Shown here: piece by piece, positions 39,082-48,465 of the stretch | Layout: the number at the start of each line of letters is the position of its first letter | Position numbering within the stretch: the stretch's first letter is position 1 | From: Spirochaetia bacterium | GTDB taxonomy: Bacteria > Spirochaetota > Spirochaetia > UBA9216 | NCBI GenBank assembly: GCA_965140585.1 | Contig: OZ223272.1 | Span: 448,001-512,000, forward strand | DNA length: 64,000 nt | Direction of reading: 5' to 3' | Translations under genes and position numbers: made by a program | Notes under the pieces: model-generated | Databases searched by the model: none | Told to the model about the DNA's origin: nothing | What the model saw: only the letters and a program-made list of their open reading frames with translations

Positions 39082-40153
39082 ATAATAACCCGTCCAGTGG
39101 ACTATTTATATTTTTTAGGTCTTTAGTACTTACATGTGTATAAATCTGTGTTGTTTTTGGATCACGATGGCCTAAGAGCTCCTGAATATATCTGAGGTCT
39201 GTACCGTTTTCCAACAGGTGAGTGGCAAAGGCATGTCTTAAAGAATGTATACTTACATTTTTTTCAATACCTGTTGCTTCGATAGCTTTATAAAAGGCGT
39301 TCTGTGCAGATCTTGTAGCAAGATGGGTATCCGCACCTGCACTGCCAGGAAAAAGCCATGTATGTACCATCACTTTGGATCTGTATTCATTAATCATATG
39401 AATAATCTCAGTTGAAAGCATTACATATCTATCTTTTCGTCCTTTTGCCTGCCTGATATGAATTACTTTCCTATCGGTGTCAATATCCTGCAACTGTATT
39501 ATAACTGCTTCGCTTACTCGGAGACCTGCAGAGTATATTAATGATAATAGCAATCGGTGCTTAATATTCGGCGGAGATGTTATAATCTTCTTTACTTCTT
39601 CCCTGGATAGAATATCCGGATACTTCTTTTCTTTTTTCGGCATGGGAATCGATGCTGCAGGATTAAACAGACCGCCTAGATATCCGTATTTATAATAGCA
39701 TTTCAGGGCGCTCACACATTGTACAAAGTATGTTCTTGAGCATCCTGCAAGTGTCCGCATTTTCTCAAGATATATTTTAATATCCTCTGTCGTAACCTCT
39801 GAAGGATAAAGTTCTGTTCTTTCAAAGAACCACTTCAGCTGCATCTTATATGTTTCGATAGTATGAGGACTATAGTCTCTAAGCTTTAGATACTGCAGCA
39901 TCTTTTCCAGATAGCGGTTATGAGACGGTTCCTGATTTTCGAGAGACTTCTCATCCACATTAAACCTGCCGGTTTTATACAATGACAAAAGAAAGTGCTG
40001 CATATTTGCATCTGTATCCGGAAATGTCCATTTTTTATTTGCCGGCTGCCATTGTCTTCCCGGTATTGTACGTACAATATCAAGAACCTGAGCATCGAAA
40101 GGGAAAAATATACCTATTTTATTATTTTCTTCATAAACGATTTCAACTGCCAA
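39080..40153 (-). CDS. Tyrosine recombinase (integron-integrase-like SAM_4 N-domain; lacks the IntI insertion; extra N-terminal domain)
   Basis: Catalytic R (GLRVSE), K (KGRKDR), HxLRH, LGH, Y (QIYTHV); LRDYSPHTIETY SAM-like domain. Confidence 0.93.
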   Translation of the reverse strand: MAVEIVYEENNKIGIFFPFDAQVLDIVRTIPGRQWQPANKKWTFPDTDANMQHFLLSLYKTGRFNVDEKSLENQEPSHNRYLEKMLQYLKLRDYSPHTIETYKMQLKWFFERTELYPSEVTTEDIKIYLEKMRTLAGCSRTYFVQCVSALKCYYKYGYLGGLFNPAASIPMPKKEKKYPDILSREEVKKIITSPPNIKHRLLLSLIYSAGLRVSEAVIIQLQDIDTDRKVIHIRQAKGRKDRYVMLSTEIIHMINEYRSKVMVHTWLFPGSAGADTHLATRSAQNAFYKAIEATGIEKNVSIHSLRHAFATHLLENGTDLRYIQELLGHRDPKTTQIYTHVSTKDLKNINSPLDGLL

Positions 40154-40196
40154 TACTTTATCCGTTTTTATTTTATATTAGCAGACCTATGCCGAA

Positions 40197-41129
40197 TCAG
40201 CAATAAAATTTAAGTACACGAAGAGCCCTCAGAGTATTCCATCGGCCTGGTTTACCTGCCTGCTCAAAATTTGTGTGGACCTGCCCCGGCAGGGAGGCCT
40301 GGGCGTTCCAGTGACCGGGAGGTTTTTGCTTGCTTTTGATTATAGCTATAGCTTCATCCATAGCCGGGGCGTAAAGCGTTTCCGAATACCTGAAATAATC
40401 CATTGCCCGCAGAATGTCATAACGCCATCTCGGCGGATACGGAAAACGGAGGAAATCTTTCTTAATTATTTCACCTGTTCGATCTGAACGGAACAGTCTG
40501 TGCCGAAAGATAAAATCACGAATCCCGCCGAGAGAGCTTTTGATTTCATCGGCTCGGTAGGAGTAACCGTTTTTCAGGTATTCGGTGAAACCTTCGGCTA
40601 CGGAAAGACTGGAATGCAGTGAGCTGTGAACAGCACCTTTGCGGTTAAACTGACAGTTATATCCGCCGTCTGGAAGTCTCTGATCAAGCATATAATCAAT
40701 TACTGATACAAGCTTTTCAGGATCAGCATTAAAATAGCAGGCATAATTCAGAAACATCCCGTTTAAACAGACGTCACTCTGTTTTACAGATCCGGGCGGA
40801 TTTATTCCGCCATCTCCGCCTTTTTCTTCCTTAAGAAGCATTTCAACAGTTTCCTGCACTGCAGGAGTTTCAGTAGGAATGCACAGGTTGCGTAAATCCA
40901 GCAGCGTATAGTGGGTAGATGTCCATTTGGGCTGATAGAACTTCAGGCCCCAGTGACCGTCAGGACGCTGTGCATCAAGAAGAATTTTACCCCACCCCCC
41001 GGCAGCGGCTTTTATCTGAAGTTCAGGTCTGTCTGTATCAAGAAGGTCACGGTAGGTCTGATATGCGATCGAGGCATCGCCTTCAAGAAGCCATCTGATT
41101 ATCTCATCCACTTCATATCCTCCCGTCAC
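40197..41129 (-). CDS. Conserved protein, prenyltransferase/squalene-cyclase-like alpha-barrel
   Basis: QRPDGHW, QRLPDGGYNC, YDILRAMDYF, WNTLRALRVL. Confidence 0.7.
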   Translation of the reverse strand: MTGGYEVDEIIRWLLEGDASIAYQTYRDLLDTDRPELQIKAAAGGWGKILLDAQRPDGHWGLKFYQPKWTSTHYTLLDLRNLCIPTETPAVQETVEMLLKEEKGGDGGINPPGSVKQSDVCLNGMFLNYACYFNADPEKLVSVIDYMLDQRLPDGGYNCQFNRKGAVHSSLHSSLSVAEGFTEYLKNGYSYRADEIKSSLGGIRDFIFRHRLFRSDRTGEIIKKDFLRFPYPPRWRYDILRAMDYFRYSETLYAPAMDEAIAIIKSKQKPPGHWNAQASLPGQVHTNFEQAGKPGRWNTLRALRVLKFYC

Positions 41130-41131
41130 AG

Positions 41132-41920
41132 TCAGCTGATGCTTTTTATAAGCACATCAGCAATTTCTACAAAGCCGCTTCCTCCTCTTGAGTCTGCGAT
41201 GTAGGCAGGACGGTGGACGAGCATATCATCAAAGTCGCGGATATTTGCTACGGCGAAGGAGTAAGGCAGGAAGTTAAACATAGGCTCATCGTTGGGAGAG
41301 TCTCCGCAGAAGACGGAGGATTTTTTAAAAGCTTCTGAATCAAGGCCGTAGCGGTATTTCATAAATAGCCCCGCCATTCCTATCTTTGAATAATCACCGA
41401 ACCAGGTGTTTACGTGTATTGAGCTGACCTTGGCTATCGCGCCCTGGGCCTCACATATATCCTTAATCCGGCCGGCCGCTTCATAGCCGAGCCTCGGAGG
41501 ATCCTCGTTGAAATCAATTGCAAGATCATAGATTCTTGCAAACTGATCTTTTGCTTTTCGGACCAGGGGAATTTCAGTCTTTACCGCATCGTATACATCA
41601 TCAAGCTTCTTTCTCACATCGGTATCAGCAACTGACGGGTGTGTGTAGGTCTTAAGCTGATGGTCTTCAAAATAGTAGACAAAGGCACCGTTCTCACCTA
41701 TTACTGCATCAACAGGCCACTGGCGGATTATCATATCGCACCAGCCTGCCGGACGTCCGGTTACAGGGATCACTGTAAAGCCCGTATCATGCAGCTTCCA
41801 CAGGGCTGAATATGCATCTGCGCCCAGTTTCCCTTCCTCTGTCAGGGTATCATCGATATCAGTAAGTACATACTTTATCTTTTGAGGGCAGTCTGAAAGA
41901 AAATCTTTTACATTTTTCAC
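41132..41920 (-). CDS. HAD-IIB family hydrolase
   Basis: TDIDDTLT, VTGRPAGW, GDSPNDEPMF; start moved to GTG at 41920. Confidence 0.88.
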   Translation of the reverse strand: MKNVKDFLSDCPQKIKYVLTDIDDTLTEEGKLGADAYSALWKLHDTGFTVIPVTGRPAGWCDMIIRQWPVDAVIGENGAFVYYFEDHQLKTYTHPSVADTDVRKKLDDVYDAVKTEIPLVRKAKDQFARIYDLAIDFNEDPPRLGYEAAGRIKDICEAQGAIAKVSSIHVNTWFGDYSKIGMAGLFMKYRYGLDSEAFKKSSVFCGDSPNDEPMFNFLPYSFAVANIRDFDDMLVHRPAYIADSRGGSGFVEIADVLIKSIS

Positions 41921-41950
41921 TTTGATGCATTTCCTTGTGCAGGGATTTGT

Positions 41951-41992
41951 ACACAGCTCCCCGCAGCAATACAGGGCTGCGGGGAGCTGTGT
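41951..41992. terminator. Strong intergenic hairpin
   Basis: 17-bp perfect stem ACACAGCTCCCCGCAGC / GCTGCGGGGAGCTGTGT between pgsA and the HAD gene. Confidence 0.5.
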
Positions 41993-42038
41993 TCCGGACT
42001 GGACGGCTGCTGCTCTGCAGCTGTTCAGCACTTGTGCT

Positions 42039-42620
42039 TCAGCTGCCCTTCAGGACTTTCCGGGCACTTGCAAAATAGGTGAGAAAGGAAAGAGCTGAGG
42101 AGATAGCTGCCAGCGCAAAAAGTATATAGGTTACAGTTCCGAACAGAGGCATCCAGTCGGGATAGTATTCAAGCCTGTTGAACGATGTAACAAGAAGTCC
42201 TGCTATACCGGCTATTGTATAGGTGATTGCCTTGGCCTTGCCCCAGATGCTTGCCGCCATTGCGGTGCCCTTACCCATCATCATCATACGAAGAAAGGTG
42301 ATTCCGAGCTCACGATAGATGATAATTACAAAGGCCCAGAGGGGCATGATTCCGGTAAAGGTAAAGCATATAAAGAAGGTTACCCGGCTTATTACGTCCG
42401 AAAACGGGTCGAGGATCTTGCCGAGATCAGTAACCATGTTGTATTTTCTGGCGATGTGTCCGTCCAGCGCATCGGATATTTCCATGAGCACGAAAAGCGG
42501 AAGCATTATCGCTACTGACAAACCCATGAAACTGCCGGTCTGCTCTGGAAGCATGTAGATAATGATAAATACCGGCGCTAAGATGATTCTGAAAACGGTT
42601 ATTTTAGTTGGAAGATTCAT
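42039..42620 (-). CDS. pgsA: CDP-diacylglycerol--glycerol-3-phosphate 3-phosphatidyltransferase
   Basis: MNLPTKITVFRI, DALDGHIARK...TDLGKILDP. Confidence 0.9.
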   Translation of the reverse strand: MNLPTKITVFRIILAPVFIIIYMLPEQTGSFMGLSVAIMLPLFVLMEISDALDGHIARKYNMVTDLGKILDPFSDVISRVTFFICFTFTGIMPLWAFVIIIYRELGITFLRMMMMGKGTAMAASIWGKAKAITYTIAGIAGLLVTSFNRLEYYPDWMPLFGTVTYILFALAAISSALSFLTYFASARKVLKGS

Positions 42621-42719
42621 GATATGAGGGTATTAGTATTTTCATATATTGTCAACGCAGAGGCCGGGCAGCTGTGTTACTTCTGCACTAAAGAGTAACT
42701 CCGTACTTAAACAATGCTA

Positions 42720-43320
42720 TTTCCCTGATTCCGTTTTGTTCGGCGGCTGTTTCTTCTTCGTTTACAACCGCGACCAGCCGGTCAAGCAGCAGTTCTGCTT
42801 GAAATCTTAAGGGTGGGAATAAACCCTCCAATCGGAGTTCCTCTTCCAGTTGAAAAAAGCACCAGCTGGCAGCCTGAGGTGCCTAGCAGGGAGGTTGCAA
42901 CAATATCGTTCCCCGGAGCATGCAGCAGATTAAGCCCCTGCCTCGAAATCCGTTCCTCCATCCCTACAATATCAGCTATTGCCGAACTTCCGGCTTTTCT
43001 GATGCATCCCAGCGACTTCTCTTCAAGTGTGGTAATGCCTCCGTCCTTGTTGCCCGGAGACGGATTTTCATAAACCGGCTGATTGTGAGCCGTATAGTGA
43101 GCCTTCCACTGATCTATCATTTCTGCAGTCCGGCTGAACATTTCGTCATCAGGACACAGTTTTAGCAGCACATTTTCGGCTCCGAACCTCCGCACAAGAA
43201 CTCCTCCCGCATTAGGGTGCAGAACAAGGTTTTGAAGCAGTGTTCTGGCACGGGCATGATCATCACCAAGCTGGGACCACCATAGGGATGGGGGAAGCTG
43301 AAAATCCCGTCGATTCCCGG
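42720..43320 (-). pseudogene. uxaA: Altronate dehydratase remnant
   Basis: NPSPGNKDGGITTLEEKSLG, FSTGRGTP; upstream frameshifted QLGDDH...HPNAGGVLV; N-terminus missing. Confidence 0.8.
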
Positions 43321-44006
43321 CTAGGTCCGCCCGTCAAGTTCAGCCCTGCAAAATATGGCAAGTGCGGCAAGAGACAGGGACCTAAGAGGCGGAAGCTTGC
43401 CGTCCTTACGGTTGTATTCAAGAAACTGCGGTAGAAGCCTCGTCTTGAACTTGGTCATTAAATTATGTGATATTGAAAGAAGCTGATGATGTATAAATGG
43501 ATTTTTGAACCTGGCAACCACACTATCCGCATATTGCTTCAGTTCAGCTTCAAGAAGACGCCTCAAAAACTCTGAAAGTTTGCTGTCTGGAACAGAAGCC
43601 CCTACCGTCTCAAAGCTGCAAAGCCAAGCAACCGGAACCAGTGCAGTATGACATCCATTTAAAATTCCAACCCTTCTCTGTTTATAGGGCTTTAAATCAT
43701 CCACAACCTTACATCAAGTCCGCTGCTGGCAAGTTTAAGTTCCTCCCCAACCTCGGCAGGAACCAGGATCACAAACAAATGAAAATATTCGCCGGCTGTT
43801 ATGAAATTATCTTTATAACCAAGCTCCTTCTCGAGTACCTGAGCCTGTTCATGTGGATAATCGGTAACAACACGGTCTACGAGGGTCGAACAGAAAGTAT
43901 TTGAGTTCAATAGCCATTTGGTGAATCCATTTTCAAGGGTTCCATATACCGGCATATTTAAGCACAATTTCCTTAAGGACTTCTCCGTTACAATCAATGA
44001 GCTCAC
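43321..44006 (-). pseudogene. uxaB: Tagaturonate reductase remnant
   Basis: FCSTLVDRVV, LNGCHTALVP, RFKNPFIHHQL; frameshifted and truncated. Confidence 0.8.
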
Positions 44007-44029
44007 AGGGTATCAGGCTCAAGCCCGAT

Positions 44030-44215
44030 TCAGCCGAACCCGTTACATAGATCGATATAACAAAGGGTACAAACCAAAATCCCAACGAAATCTACAGAAT
44101 GCTGAGGGGCCTTGATGATCGGCGATACATAAGCAGAGATTCGGCAACAGGCTGCTATCAGATGACGCTTAAACTGTACAACCTCTCGCACTGCCACTCT
44201 CCTCGCCCAGGACAA
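44030..44215 (+). pseudogene. IclR-family regulator fragment
   Basis: EIYRMLRGLDDRRYISRD...YQMTLKL HTH-like fragment. Confidence 0.45.
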
Positions 44216-44242
44216 TCCGGAACACCGGCTGAACAGTGTCTT

Positions 44243-44536
44243 CTATCCGGCGTTCATCTTCGAGACTTCATCGAACATGCTGACATACTTCTTGTTTCTG
44301 GCAAACGAATACAGAACCTTGTAGCCGTCTTTCACTCTTTCGTTGAATATTTCTCTCATCCTTTTATCCATTTCACGCCTGGTTGTAAATGAATAAACGC
44401 GTTCGCGTCCGCTTCCCTGATTCATACCGTAGATCGAAGTGAATGAATACTTACTGAACAATGTAGGCTGACGGTCATGGACCGAGTAGTATCTGAGACT
44501 TCCGTCTTCTTCTGGTTTGTAGAATGTTATCAGCAT
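44243..44536 (-). CDS. Small hypothetical protein (WGR-like)
   Basis: 97 aa; RYYSV..RQPTLF....YG. Confidence 0.6.
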   Translation of the reverse strand: MLITFYKPEEDGSLRYYSVHDRQPTLFSKYSFTSIYGMNQGSGRERVYSFTTRREMDKRMREIFNERVKDGYKVLYSFARNKKYVSMFDEVSKMNAG

Positions 44537-44583
44537 ATATTACTGTATCGGGCACGCTCCTCAATAGCGTGAGCATCATTTTA

Positions 44584-45321
44584 TCAGTCAATTCTTTTTT
44601 TTATGGCCGGCAGACCGTCGGAATTGAATGACAAATCATATCGGACTCCGGGAACCGGATAGAGGGGTCCTGCACTTTCAGTTACAAGAATAAAGCCCGG
44701 AATCCGTCCGAAAAGCTGCCTGATCTTACCCGCCGGAGCGCTCTCAGAATCTCCGGTTTCCGCAGCAGCAAGCTGTAAATGCAGAGGCTCATATATTGCC
44801 CCTGTTTTGGACAGGAAAAACCACGGCGGAAGTTCAAGCATCCTGATTTCAGGATAGATCCCTCCAGCGCCGAATTCAAGTACATCCTGATTATTTTGCG
44901 GATCTTCACTCAATATTGTGGTTTTATCGCCGCCGCCTGAAAGAAGTGTAAAACTGCAGAGGTTCTGTCCCGGTTGAACCGGCGACCAGGAGGCGAAACT
45001 GTAATAAAAAATAAAAAGAGCCGCAAAAAACAGCGAGAACACCGGAATACCCACAAAGCGCCAAAACCTGACACAGAGAAAGCCTGAGGCAGTAAGTACT
45101 CCGAACCAGAGAAGAAGCATCCTGTAATTCCAGAAGCTGTAGCTGCTCAAAAATATTCCGAAGGTAAGAAAGAGAATTGATAAACTGATAAATAGTACAG
45201 CCGCAACCGGATGCCTCTGCGGCTTTCTGTAGCTGAAAAAACTGATTCCGCTGCCCAGAGCAAAACCGGCCAGAGTCAGCCACAGGTACTGATTTTCGGG
45301 ATTAATTCCCGCGAAGTCCAT
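44584..45321 (-). CDS. Hypothetical membrane protein
   Basis: Four N-terminal TM segments; overlaps the upstream gene. Confidence 0.65.
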   Translation of the reverse strand: MDFAGINPENQYLWLTLAGFALGSGISFFSYRKPQRHPVAAVLFISLSILFLTFGIFLSSYSFWNYRMLLLWFGVLTASGFLCVRFWRFVGIPVFSLFFAALFIFYYSFASWSPVQPGQNLCSFTLLSGGGDKTTILSEDPQNNQDVLEFGAGGIYPEIRMLELPPWFFLSKTGAIYEPLHLQLAAAETGDSESAPAGKIRQLFGRIPGFILVTESAGPLYPVPGVRYDLSFNSDGLPAIKKRID

Positions 45322-46825
45322 AGATTCCGCCGAATTTATCCCGCAGGTAGTCTGTAAAGTAGATGGCGTTCAAATCCTCTCCTGTGACTCTTCTGCAGAG
45401 TGCGGAGGCAGGGTAAACCATACCGTGGCTGTGGATATTATCACGCAGCCACCCAAGTATTGTACCAAGATCGCCTGATTCTAATATTCCATCCACGTCT
45501 CCAAGCTGCTTTTTCATACTGTTGAGGAACTGGGCGCCGTAGAGGTTTCCAAGAGCATAGGTCGGGAAATAACCGATCAGTCCCGCAGACCAGTGTACAT
45601 CCTGAAGCACGCCTTCGGAATCGTTGGCCGGGGTGATGCCAAGAAATTTCTTCATCCTTCTGTTCCATTCATCAGGAAGATCTGAAACCTTGAGGTTTCC
45701 GGCAAGAACTTCCTTTTCAAGTTCAAAGCGAAGCACTACATGAAGACTGTAGGTTACCTCATCAGCCTCAATACGTATAAACGACGGAGTCACCTTGTTA
45801 ACGGCTTTATAGAATGTTTCCACGTCCACGCCCTTAGTCTGCTCAGGAAAGAGCTTTGAAAACTCAGGATAAAAATGCTTCCAGAACGGAAGGCTCCGGC
45901 CTACCAGGTTTTCCCAGAAACGTGACTGTGATTCATGAATACCAAGTGATACACCGGTACCGAGGATTCCGCCTTTCAGATTATCGCCTACGCCTAGTTC
46001 ATAGAGGGCATGTCCGCATTCGTGGATATTGCTGAACACACCGCTCATTACGAGTTTTTCATCGTAGCGGGTGGTTATTCTCACATCATCTGCACCAAGA
46101 GTTGTTGTGAAGGGGTGTGCCGAAATATCAAGCCTGCCCCGTTTTTCAGGGTATCCCATCCGATCTATAAGCATACGGCCGAACTGATCCTGCAGATCTG
46201 TCGGATAGCTTTTCTCCAGAAAGGACGAGTCGGGAGCCCCGGCCTTTTTAATATCCGCAACCAGGACGGAAAGTTCCGCAGCAAGGGGTGTAAACACCTT
46301 TTCAACCTCGGCGGCTGTCATCCAGGGTTCATATTCATCAAGCAGGGCATCATAGGGATGTTCTTTATAGCCAAGTTTCTCAGCCTTCTGATGGTTGAGC
46401 TCATATATCTTTGTAAGAGAATCCTCAAATATGCTGAAATCAGCCTTCTTTCTTGCCTCAACCCAGACCTGATGTGAAATACCCGTCTGTTTTGCAAGTT
46501 CGGTTACAAGACTTTCAGGCAACTTCGAAGCGTGACTATACAGCCGGAACATTTCACGGACAAAGGCCTTGTCCGCAGTATCAAAATCACCCTTGCCCTC
46601 GGGTTTGCCTTCTTCTGCGCCGAGAAACGACAGCAGACGTCCGATTTCAGGTGAAGTTATTTTTCTGTGTGTTAATCCTTCAAAAAGTGCAAGCTGGTCG
46701 GCGCGTTCTTCGGCACCGTCTTCAGGCATCTGGGTTTCCATATCCCATTCAAGTACGGCCTGGGCGTGCTGCATTAAATAAATCTCTCGCCCTAGCTGTT
46801 TAAGGTTTGACAGGCTCTCTTTCAT
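45302..46825 (-). CDS. Carboxypeptidase, M32 (Taq) family
   Basis: HPF, DVRITTRY, HECGH, HESQS, IRIEADE, GYFPTYALG. Confidence 0.95.
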   Translation of the reverse strand: MKESLSNLKQLGREIYLMQHAQAVLEWDMETQMPEDGAEERADQLALFEGLTHRKITSPEIGRLLSFLGAEEGKPEGKGDFDTADKAFVREMFRLYSHASKLPESLVTELAKQTGISHQVWVEARKKADFSIFEDSLTKIYELNHQKAEKLGYKEHPYDALLDEYEPWMTAAEVEKVFTPLAAELSVLVADIKKAGAPDSSFLEKSYPTDLQDQFGRMLIDRMGYPEKRGRLDISAHPFTTTLGADDVRITTRYDEKLVMSGVFSNIHECGHALYELGVGDNLKGGILGTGVSLGIHESQSRFWENLVGRSLPFWKHFYPEFSKLFPEQTKGVDVETFYKAVNKVTPSFIRIEADEVTYSLHVVLRFELEKEVLAGNLKVSDLPDEWNRRMKKFLGITPANDSEGVLQDVHWSAGLIGYFPTYALGNLYGAQFLNSMKKQLGDVDGILESGDLGTILGWLRDNIHSHGMVYPASALCRRVTGEDLNAIYFTDYLRDKFGGIYGLRGN

Positions 46826-46945
46826 CTCAATCTCCGATACACATGCCCTCTTTTCCGGTATTCTCAAATAGGTATTGCCGGAGGGCTGAAGCGTATGTAT
46901 ATTTTACTGATAAATTCGTAAAAATACAAATTTTTAGAGGTATTA

Positions 46946-47671
46946 ATGAACAAAAGCTCTGTAACAAACCTTATAGCTGCAGCAGTAATTGCTGCAGGAT
47001 ACATCATAGCCGCCCGACTGGATCCGGTGTGGGGGGAAAGGATTAGAAGTATAGGCTTCTTTGCACTTTCGGGAGCCCTTACAAACTGGCTTGCGATTTT
47101 CATGCTGTTTGAAAAGGTTCCCGGACTCTATGGTTCCGGTGTAATTCCGGCTCATTTTATTGAGATAAAGGTATGGATCAAGGAACTTGTAATGGATCAG
47201 TTTTTTACGACTGAAAATCTGCACAAGTATTTCAGCGAAGGCCAGGACATGATCCTCGAATCGATAGACTTTGAGTCAGCAGTCGACAAAGTCGACTATG
47301 ACAAGATTTACGACACAGTAAAGAAAGAGATTCTTTCAAGCGGATTTGGAAGCATGCTATCGATGTTCGGGGGCGACGGCCTGTTTGAAAAGTACAGAGG
47401 CAAGTTTAAGGAAAAAATCAGGGAATATCTGCTTGAAGAGGTTGCACACCCCAAGTTTATCAAGGGTATTCTCGAATCCGGGAATTTCGACCTCTCCGCA
47501 GTAATAAAAGACAAGGTTGACGGTATCGTTCAGGGAAGACTTGATGAACTTACACCAAAGATGGTAAAGGAACTGGTAAAAGAGATGATGAGAAGGCATC
47601 TTGGATGGCTTGTTGTCTGGGGAGGCGTCTTCGGCGGCCTTATTGGCTTTGTAATGAGCTATTTAAAATAA
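46946..47671 (+). CDS. DUF445 family membrane protein
   Basis: GALTNWLAIFMLFEKVPGLYGSG; HLGWLVVWGGVFGG. Confidence 0.88.
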   Translation: MNKSSVTNLIAAAVIAAGYIIAARLDPVWGERIRSIGFFALSGALTNWLAIFMLFEKVPGLYGSGVIPAHFIEIKVWIKELVMDQFFTTENLHKYFSEGQDMILESIDFESAVDKVDYDKIYDTVKKEILSSGFGSMLSMFGGDGLFEKYRGKFKEKIREYLLEEVAHPKFIKGILESGNFDLSAVIKDKVDGIVQGRLDELTPKMVKELVKEMMRRHLGWLVVWGGVFGGLIGFVMSYLK

Positions 47672-47716
47672 ACTGAATTGTTCATTTTAAATTGCAAAAT
47701 GCGTTTTATTATTAAA

Positions 47717-48361
47717 TTAACGATTCCGCAGCTTTGCAAGAAGACCCTGCTTTGGAGCCTTTTCCGTTTTAGCTGAAGCACCCGCTGTCGGTGAACCGGA
47801 AAGCTGGGAATCATGCTCAATTGCGGTCTCCGCAGCACGGGCCTCACGGGTTTCCTGACTGCGGGCATCGGTTATCCAGCCGCTTCCGGCGGCCGGAGTA
47901 ATCCTTTTTGTAAAAACCTTTGAACCGTCAAGGCTTCGGCCGTTTTCCTCTTCACATTCCCGAAGGACTATCTGCCAGGCCGGAGCAAAGCCTGGAGCCT
48001 GAAGCGACATCTTCTCTACAGCATCCTGGTATATCCGAAGCTGAAGGTTTTCCTTCCTGCCGGCCTTCTGTGAAAGATTGGAAATGGATGACTGAAGGTT
48101 TGCATTCTTTATCCGCAGTGATTCAATTTCCTTCCGCATCCGGTCTATCGACTCGGAATCAAGGTCAATTCTGCTTGTTAGGGTATGTTTAAGCCCCCGA
48201 ATAACCTTTTTACTGCGGGATTTGAGCACCAGTATCCTGATTCCGAATATCAGCCAGGCAAGAATAAACCCGGCAGCAAAGGAATATACAATGGTATGAT
48301 CAATGGGGCCAACTTCAAAAACAGGTACTGACAATTTTATCTCCTTGGTAATATCCTTCAC
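47717..48361 (-). CDS. Membrane-anchored coiled-coil hypothetical protein
   Basis: TM segment followed by a heptad-rich region. Confidence 0.65.
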   Translation of the reverse strand: MKDITKEIKLSVPVFEVGPIDHTIVYSFAAGFILAWLIFGIRILVLKSRSKKVIRGLKHTLTSRIDLDSESIDRMRKEIESLRIKNANLQSSISNLSQKAGRKENLQLRIYQDAVEKMSLQAPGFAPAWQIVLRECEEENGRSLDGSKVFTKRITPAAGSGWITDARSQETREARAAETAIEHDSQLSGSPTAGASAKTEKAPKQGLLAKLRNR

Positions 48362-48405
48362 GGATATTAATCAAATATACTTCAGAATACACCGTTCATC
48401 AAATC

Positions 48406-48436
48406 AAAAAAAACCGGGTCCATTTCGAACCCGGTG
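48406..48436 (-). terminator. Intrinsic terminator after thrS
   Basis: ACCGGGT stem-loop followed by a T run on the minus strand. Confidence 0.7.
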
Positions 48437-48465
48437 ATTATTATGCGTTATCTAAAGCTGCTCAA

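Larger units (their letters stand above)
7634..40153 (-). mobile_element. Integron-like element: tyrosine recombinase plus array of 37 cassettes
   Basis: 37 repeated ..TAAC-hairpin-GTT.. sites separate AT-rich, co-oriented gene units; the array ends at 39014, 65 bp downstream of the recombinase stop codon. Confidence 0.92.

Noticed and set aside
17903-39126. Recurrent ORFs in A/B cassettes (MAQPEARMGG..., MRLSQSFL..., MQYSIRPG..., GPTGRLATLL...)
   Set aside because: They often cross att sites, mostly use alternative starts without an RBS, and are frameshifted between copies; they recur only because the DNA is repeated.
7634-40153. Retron, group II intron or DGR as the source of the structured elements
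   Set aside because: No reverse transcriptase ORF or intron domain V motif seen in the window; one acting in trans cannot be excluded.
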